Of a stretch of DNA of 39,464 bases, positions 19,615 to 24,614 are shown in pieces. The stretch's first letter is position 1. Every line of letters begins with the position of its first letter. This DNA comes from an uncultured Candidatus Saccharibacteria bacterium (lineage in GTDB: Bacteria; Patescibacteriota; Minisyncoccia; Phycocordibacterales; UBA918), in NCBI GenBank assembly GCA_964432455.1, contig CAYSNO010000001.1, positions 4,883-44,346 of the forward strand, written 5' to 3'. The position numbers were made by a program, and so were the translations under genes. The notes beneath the pieces were generated by a model. The model was not told where the DNA came from, made no database searches, and saw only the letters and a list, made by a program, of their open reading frames with translations.

Positions 19615-20793
19615 TTGATGCAGCGACAAATCACACTTCTTCTCTTGGTTCGAGCGATTCGGGCTTTTTTATTGATGATACCAATCATCACACTGTACTG
19701 GTTGGATGTTGGGTTATCGATGCAAGATGTTTTTTTGCTGCAGGTACTCTTTTCGGTTGCAATCGTGGGTTTAGAAATACCATCCGGTTATTTTGCAGAC
19801 CGTTTTGGTCGCAAGTACTCTCTCGTGATTGGCATGGTGTTTGGAAGTCTCGGGTACCTCGCCTATGCACTTTCTGGTGATTTTTGGGGTTTTGCTACCG
19901 CCGAGTTATTACTGGCCGTCTCCATATCATTTATCTCTGGAGCAGACTCAGCTTTGTTGTATGACACCCTCAAGCAATACAACGCTACTGATAGACATAC
20001 CAAGATTGAAGGCCGAATGCTCAGTATTGCCAGACTCTCAGAAGCATCTGCAGCAATTTTGGGTGGTCTTCTCGCCAGTTGGTATTCAGTCACGGTGGTT
20101 TTATATATACAGTTTTTCGTGATGCTTTGTTCGGTACCGCTTACCTTTTTGCTTAAGGAACCAAAGATAGAGATTGGTCACCGCCAACGGAAAGATTTGT
20201 TGGGTGCCTTGCGATACGCATTTCGTGAGAACAAAACTATTCTTCATATGAATATCTTTACCGGTATTGTCTTTTCTTCAGGCTTACTGCTCGTTTGGAT
20301 GGCGCAACCGTATTGGCAAGAAATAGGTGTGCCTTTGGCGCTGTTTGGGGTACTGTGGGCGTCTTATAATGCGGTCACTGCATTTGGTTCATATATTGCA
20401 CATCGTTTGCAGCGACGTCTTGGTTTTTCCATATTATTTGGCCTTAGTGGTGCGGTAGTGGGAGTGGTATTTATTCTCCTGAGTTTTGGCATTGGTATGG
20501 CGGCAGTGGCAGTGATGTCTCTCGCGTGGTTACTTCGTGGAATTTTTCATCCCATTATGCTCGACTTCCTCCATAAACAAACACCCTCTGATATTCGGGC
20601 TACGGTCATATCGCTAAACTCACTTTATACCCGACTGTTTTTTGCGCTCGTGTCGCCGTTTATCGGTTGGGTAGCAGATGTCTGGTCGCTTGAAACAGCC
20701 TTTTTGGCTTCAGGTCTAGTCACTGGTACGCTCGCAATGTTGGCGTTTGTATTTCTTCGCCAGTCCATATTGCGTCAAACAACAGGTGTATAA
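19615..20793 (+). CDS. MFS transporter
   Basis: 12-TM MFS topology with a GYFADRFGRK loop motif. The likely start is the ATG at 19618 (TGaTACGAT hexamer at 19606-19611, 6 nt upstream). Confidence 0.85.
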   Translation: MMQRQITLLLLVRAIRAFLLMIPIITLYWLDVGLSMQDVFLLQVLFSVAIVGLEIPSGYFADRFGRKYSLVIGMVFGSLGYLAYALSGDFWGFATAELLLAVSISFISGADSALLYDTLKQYNATDRHTKIEGRMLSIARLSEASAAILGGLLASWYSVTVVLYIQFFVMLCSVPLTFLLKEPKIEIGHRQRKDLLGALRYAFRENKTILHMNIFTGIVFSSGLLLVWMAQPYWQEIGVPLALFGVLWASYNAVTAFGSYIAHRLQRRLGFSILFGLSGAVVGVVFILLSFGIGMAAVAVMSLAWLLRGIFHPIMLDFLHKQTPSDIRATVISLNSLYTRLFFALVSPFIGWVADVWSLETAFLASGLVTGTLAMLAFVFLRQSILRQTTGV

Positions 20794-20802
20794 TAGAAGC
20801 AT

Positions 20803-21102
20803 ATGGACCCCATGCCAACCGATCAACACGAACTTATTATTAAACTCCTACGAGAGAATCAGGAGCTCGTGCGGCAGAACAATGAGCTTTTGATTCGCCA
20901 AGAACGACGTGAACGTCGCCGTTTCATCTTTAAGGTGATTTGGTACACGATACTTCTCGGTATCCCACTTCTCGCCTACTTCTATCTCTACAGTATGTTT
21001 GCGGGCATCACTGGTGCGGAAACGACTGGTATGCAGATCAATGGCATCAATGTCCCGCCTGGGGTAATTGAAGGTCTCATAGAGACCTATACGGGGCGGT
21101 AG
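20803..21102 (+). CDS. Hypothetical small membrane protein
   Basis: 99 aa with a charged helical N-terminus and one TM helix. TATAAT at 20789-20794 lies 8 nt upstream. Confidence 0.5.
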   Translation: MDPMPTDQHELIIKLLRENQELVRQNNELLIRQERRERRRFIFKVIWYTILLGIPLLAYFYLYSMFAGITGAETTGMQINGINVPPGVIEGLIETYTGR

Positions 21103-21120
21103 GCTCTAACGCCGTGGTTA

Positions 21121-21612
21121 CTGCTCATTTCGACCCAGGGCTCGACCCAGAATTGCGGCTATTTACTTCACTTCGCTTACCAGGTCAAAGGACGGGCTCG
21201 GTCACGAGTTACTAAGTCTTTTATTCACTATGTTCATAAAAGTCTAAGTACTCTCGACCCCGACTCGACTGTTTTGCTCCTATCGTCGCAAAACATGTCT
21301 GCGCCTTTCGAGCCCGCACGTGACTGATACTAATTAGTCGGGCCCGGTCACGCTCATGGATATTTTATTTCGTACCTCATAAAATATCTCATTCGCCCGA
21401 CCCGGACTGTTCCGGCCCTAAAAGGGACCCGGAACAGTCTTTCGAGCCAAGGCTCGTCCTGACGGTCACCAAGCTAGATTATTTCACTGCGTTCATAATC
21501 TAGCAGGTGCCGCGGGACACGCCTCACTTGTTTTGGCATTAGGAATAGACAAAACATCGTTCCGGCGTTCGAGCCCGCACGCAACTGAAATTAGTCAGTT
21601 GCTCCCCAAGCA
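21121..21612 (+). repeat. Array of 4 divergent ~90-140-nt structured units containing tRNA T-loop/acceptor-like fragments
   Basis: Recurrent order: hairpin, TTCGAGCC, hairpin, GGTCAC or CCCCAAGCA, then an A/T-clamped hairpin. No credible ORF. See findings. Confidence 0.7.
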
Positions 21613-21665
21613 CAGCATACACAAAAAGCGCCCAATGGCGCTTTTTGTGTATGCTGTGCTTGGGG
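21604..21665. repeat. 29-bp perfect inverted repeat (4-nt loop) overlapping the 3' end of tRNA-Phe; probable terminator
   Basis: CCCCAAGCACAGCATACACAAAAAGCGCC-caat-GGCGCTTTTTGTGTATGCTGTGCTTGGGG. The right arm overlaps the tRNA at 21657-21665. Confidence 0.85.
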
Positions 21666-21729
21666 GCGGGCTCGAACCGCCGACCCCTTCCTCTTCAGGG
21701 AAATGCTCTACCAACTGAGCTACCCAAGC
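21657..21729 (-). tRNA. tRNA-Phe (anticodon GAA), CCA not encoded
   Basis: GCTTGGGTAGCTCAGTTGGTAGAGCA..CTGAAGA..GGCGGTTCGAGCCCGCCCCCAAGCA. Clean cloverleaf. Confidence 0.95.
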
Positions 21730-21739
21730 AGTGAGGCAC

Positions 21740-21767
21740 ATTGTACCTGTTTATAGATATTTTTCAA
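21740..21767 (-). promoter_or_regulatory. Promoter of tRNA-Phe
   Basis: TTGAAA, 16 nt, TACAAT, with the -10 box ending 10 nt before the tRNA 5' end. Confidence 0.5.
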
Positions 21768-21787
21768 CCTCGATACTTGTATGGTAC

Positions 21788-21960
21788 TAGACAAACATAT
21801 TTCACCGGCGTATCATATAACCACTATGAAGCTGACCCACCACATCGCCACCTGGAGTAGTTTCTCCTCATCCTGTTCAACTAGTATCCGCACTGGAAGG
21901 TAGTTTTTGAGCATCTATTGAATGACATCGAAATCCGCCTTCCGAGGCGGATTTTCGTTT
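21788..21960 (+). promoter_or_regulatory. Candidate promoter, ~135-nt leader with a 25-codon Ser-rich mini-ORF (21826-21903), and intrinsic terminator (21931-21960)
   Basis: TAGACA, 17 nt, TATCAT. Mini-ORF MKLTHHIATWSSFSSSCSTSIRTGR. Hairpin AAATCCGCC/GGCGGATTT plus a T-tract, 60 nt before the 22021 ORF. Confidence 0.35.
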
Positions 21961-22020
21961 GTGAAATGACGAGGCTCGGAATTGATCTTAATGCAACGGA
22001 TACCAAAAAGGGAGATCCAC

Positions 22021-22287
22021 ATGGACGGTGGTAACACAAATACGTGCTTTGTAGATGGTCTGCAGACGTTGGTGGGCGAACTTATCGCTGCCAATAGAGG
22101 CATCTACGAACTACGGCAACAAGTGCGCGATTATGTCACGAAAATGGGTGAACACTACCGGACGGTGGTGGAGGAGGATGGCGGCCTTGCCATCCGCTAC
22201 GGGGCGATTGGCGAGCCACTTAAGGTAGTTCGCGTAGAAGTCCCGGAGGAGTACCTCAAGCAGCTGCCAATGTCAGCACGCTCGTGA
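22021..22287 (+). CDS. Hypothetical 88-aa protein
   Basis: Start set at MDGGNT because of the strong SD GGAG (22011-22014), 6 nt upstream. No recognisable domain. Confidence 0.6.
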   Translation: MDGGNTNTCFVDGLQTLVGELIAANRGIYELRQQVRDYVTKMGEHYRTVVEEDGGLAIRYGAIGEPLKVVRVEVPEEYLKQLPMSARS

Positions 22288-22309
22288 TGTCAACGTCACT
22301 GAAAATGCC

Positions 22310-22339
22310 AAACGGCGGTTCCGCAAGGAACCGCCGTTT
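22310..22339. terminator. Bidirectional intrinsic terminator
   Basis: AAACGGCGGTTCC-GCAA-GGAACCGCCGTTT. Confidence 0.8.
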
Positions 22340-22359
22340 ATAAATTTTTGAATCCTAAT

Positions 22360-22875
22360 TTATGCCTTATGCACTTGAGACTTGACCCGCAACTGCGTAC
22401 TACGATTCTTATCAAGCTTCGGCAAACGGATTTCAAGGAGCCCATGCTTTTCTTGAGCGTCCGCTTCATCAATCACCACTTCTTCAGGGAGGAGAAGGGT
22501 ACGAGAGAATGAACCCCAAAAGAGTTCGCGGTGGAAGTAGTTGTCGTCTGAGGATTCTTGATATTCTTCACGGATGCCCTTGATCGTCACCATATCGCGA
22601 GTGATGGCGATATCGAGATCGTTTGGACTCACGCCTGCTACCAAAGCACGAATCACAATTGCATCAGCTGTCTGGTACATATCTACCGGGAGTTCACCTT
22701 CTTGGGGCGTATGATCGTGGGTGTTGCCGTCCTGCCAGGTTTCTTCCTCTTCACCGTATTCGTCTACTTCTTCGGCTTCATCATCACCAAAGTGGTGGTT
22801 ATCAGACAAGACACGATCGTAATCATCGTGTTGTACATTGCCGGTGAGTCGGTCGAGGAATGATGGTTTTTTCAT
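22360..22875 (-). CDS. Hsp20/alpha-crystallin small heat-shock protein
   Basis: ACD core VDMYQT..IVIRALVAGV..ITIKG..FSRTLLLPEEV..GLLEIRLPK, with an acidic N-terminal extension. Confidence 0.9.
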   Translation of the reverse strand: MKKPSFLDRLTGNVQHDDYDRVLSDNHHFGDDEAEEVDEYGEEEETWQDGNTHDHTPQEGELPVDMYQTADAIVIRALVAGVSPNDLDIAITRDMVTIKGIREEYQESSDDNYFHRELFWGSFSRTLLLPEEVVIDEADAQEKHGLLEIRLPKLDKNRSTQLRVKSQVHKA

Positions 22876-22885
22876 AAAGAGGGAA

Positions 22886-23584
22886 CTAAGGTACTAATTG
22901 CTTCCGTTCGGTAGCTTTGACTTTTTCGAATAAGAAGAACAGGATAATAATTCCTATCCAGACGAAGAGAAACACACCGAGGATGGTTTCTCCACTTGCT
23001 CCAATTATAAAAAAGTTAAAGAGAGCATGCAATACGATGGCGAGGCATAACCCCAGCATCCCAAAGCCGATTTGGGCCAGTTTGCTCTTGTAAAAGGCAA
23101 AGGCGAGGAAGACCCCCACGGTGCCCGAGGCGAGGATGTGGAGGAGGGAGGCGCCGAGGAAGCGAAATGAACCAGTGAGCGTGGAATTGAGGTAATCACC
23201 GCCAGACACCGGCGAGAGGAGAAACAGGGTGTTCTCTAAGGCGGCAAACCCAAGCGCGATGGTGATCATGTAGATAATCATATCGATTGGTTCATCCACG
23301 GCTTTGTTCCAAAGGATAATGAGGACGGCGAGCGCATACTTAAGAGTCTCTTCGATAATCACCCAGGCCACAACGAGATTGGTGCCAATATAGAGCTCGA
23401 TGGCGAGCTTCTGGAGTGGGAGGGCCAGTGGCACCACTGCCATACCACCAATAAAGGTGATAGCGATAAGAAGGAGCGGCTCGGGTTTTTTTCTGTCTTC
23501 ACGGAGCCAGAACCAGAGCCAAAAAAGGGCTGGCACGAGACCGGACACCGCAGCGATGGCGAAAGACTCTGGAGTGATGGGCAT
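22886..23584 (-). CDS. PrsW-family intramembrane metalloprotease
   Basis: Polytopic protein with EETLKYA, ALENTLF and HALFNF motifs. TGaTACAAT (hexamer 23594-23599) lies 9 nt upstream. Confidence 0.75.
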   Translation of the reverse strand: MPITPESFAIAAVSGLVPALFWLWFWLREDRKKPEPLLLIAITFIGGMAVVPLALPLQKLAIELYIGTNLVVAWVIIEETLKYALAVLIILWNKAVDEPIDMIIYMITIALGFAALENTLFLLSPVSGGDYLNSTLTGSFRFLGASLLHILASGTVGVFLAFAFYKSKLAQIGFGMLGLCLAIVLHALFNFFIIGASGETILGVFLFVWIGIIILFFLFEKVKATERKQLVP

Positions 23585-23644
23585 GATGGCTTTATTGTAT
23601 CAGGCTTACGGAGGCGGATATTGTGAATACTGACCCGTACGGGG

Positions 23645-23673
23645 AAAAGGAAAGGCCGCCCGTTGGGGCGGCC
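23645..23673 (-). terminator. Intrinsic terminator
   Basis: GGCCGCCC/GGGCGGCC stem followed by TTTCCTTTT on the - strand. Confidence 0.7.
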
Positions 23674-23680
23674 GTGATCT

Positions 23681-23917
23681 TCAGGTGGGCTCCGCAGTGC
23701 CACAGAGTCCGTGCGGGCCAATTGGCCCCAGCGTTGCGTCATAGGTCAGACCGGCCACCGTGATGACGGTGTTGATCCTGCCACCGAGATCCCTGTGTGT
23801 TTGTGAGGGGTCGTAGACTCCTTCAACAGCCATATCGTCGAATTTGCCGGTGAACAGACAGGGTGTGAACCCTTCTTCGGTCTGGACTGGACCTAAAGCA
23901 CCTTCTGTGACAATCAT
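23681..23917 (-). CDS. Hypothetical 78-aa protein
   Basis: Strong SD GGGAGA 6 nt upstream. No TM helix and no recognisable domain. Second gene of a two-gene cassette. Confidence 0.6.
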   Translation of the reverse strand: MIVTEGALGPVQTEEGFTPCLFTGKFDDMAVEGVYDPSQTHRDLGGRINTVITVAGLTYDATLGPIGPHGLCGTAEPT

Positions 23918-23935
23918 ATGTCTTCTCCCTGGTTG

Positions 23936-24187
23936 TTATTGTGTGACGAGGTGCGAAAAGTCTTGGTTGGCGATTGGCTTGATGTAGACTCGGTCATCTT
24001 CCCGACCATCACCAAACAGCATTATCGCTTCAGCGTCACCTCCGACCACCTGGTAGCAGTCACCGAGGATGTGCTGCAGGTAGAGATGTGACCAGATTTC
24101 TTCCTCTTTTCGCCTGATCATCACTTTCACGAATGTGTCGCCTGGTTCCCCCGAGGCGGCTTTGCGCATTTGTGACACGAGTGCCAT
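23936..24187 (-). CDS. Hypothetical 83-aa protein
   Basis: Strong SD GAGGG 6 nt upstream. No recognisable domain. Confidence 0.6.
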   Translation of the reverse strand: MALVSQMRKAASGEPGDTFVKVMIRRKEEEIWSHLYLQHILGDCYQVVGGDAEAIMLFGDGREDDRVYIKPIANQDFSHLVTQ

Positions 24188-24245
24188 TTTTGTCCCTCAC
24201 TTTCATGCTGTTCCGTGACATACGCTACCAAATTGCCGTACCAAA

Positions 24246-24283
24246 AACAAGCACCGCGTGCCTTTGGCTCGCGGTGCTTGTTT
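24246..24283 (-). terminator. Intrinsic terminator (ancestral valS terminator)
   Basis: AAACAAGCACCGCG...CGCGGTGCTTGTTT. Confidence 0.8.
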
Positions 24284-24289
24284 CTTTAG

Positions 24290-24614
24290 TGATCTAGTGT
24301 GTGGGCCACCCACACGACTAATCAATCGTTTGCTGGAGACTGAATTCGAGTCTACGTTTGAGTTGTGCCAGAGCACGGCCACGCAATTTCAATTGCTGTT
24401 CTCGCTTTCGAGCATCAGGCTCTGCTGCATATGCTTCATAGTACAGCAATACCAGTGGGCGCCGTGGTTTGGTGGATTGTACGTCTCCAGCGTTATGTTC
24501 TTTTAACCGTCGCTTCAAATCGTTGGTTGAACCTACATATAGTTCATTATCTTTGATACTTCTGAGTATGTAGAGATAGAACATAACGAACGATTGATCT
24601 AGTGTGTGGGCCAC
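24290..24614 (-). mobile_element. GIY-YIG gene cassette bounded by 20-bp direct repeats at the valS stop codon
   Basis: TGATCTAGTGTGTGGGCCAC occurs at 24290-24309 and 24595-24614. A 10-bp inverted repeat ATCAATCGTT/AACGATTGAT lies just inside each repeat. Confidence 0.6.
24318..24584 (-). CDS. GIY-YIG nuclease family protein (small, stand-alone)
   Basis: FYLYILRS..LYVGSTNDLKRRLKEHN..PLVLLYYE motifs. Start set at MFYLYIL. The longer ORF reads through the duplicated valS tail. Confidence 0.85.
   Translation of the reverse strand: MFYLYILRSIKDNELYVGSTNDLKRRLKEHNAGDVQSTKPRRPLVLLYYEAYAAEPDARKREQQLKLRGRALAQLKRRLEFSLQQTID

Noticed and set aside
21103-21656. CRISPR array, or a cluster of intact tRNA genes
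   Set aside because: The repeats are neither equal in length nor regularly spaced, and there are no spacer-like unique segments of constant size. None of the T-loop-like fragments has a complementary 5' T-stem, D-arm or anticodon arm.
21730-24300. Prophage or genomic island anchored at tRNA-Phe
   Set aside because: There are no integrase, phage structural or mobility genes. The region lies on the 5' side of the tRNA. hsp20 and prsW look like host genes with host-type signals. Only the small SD-bearing ORFs look foreign.
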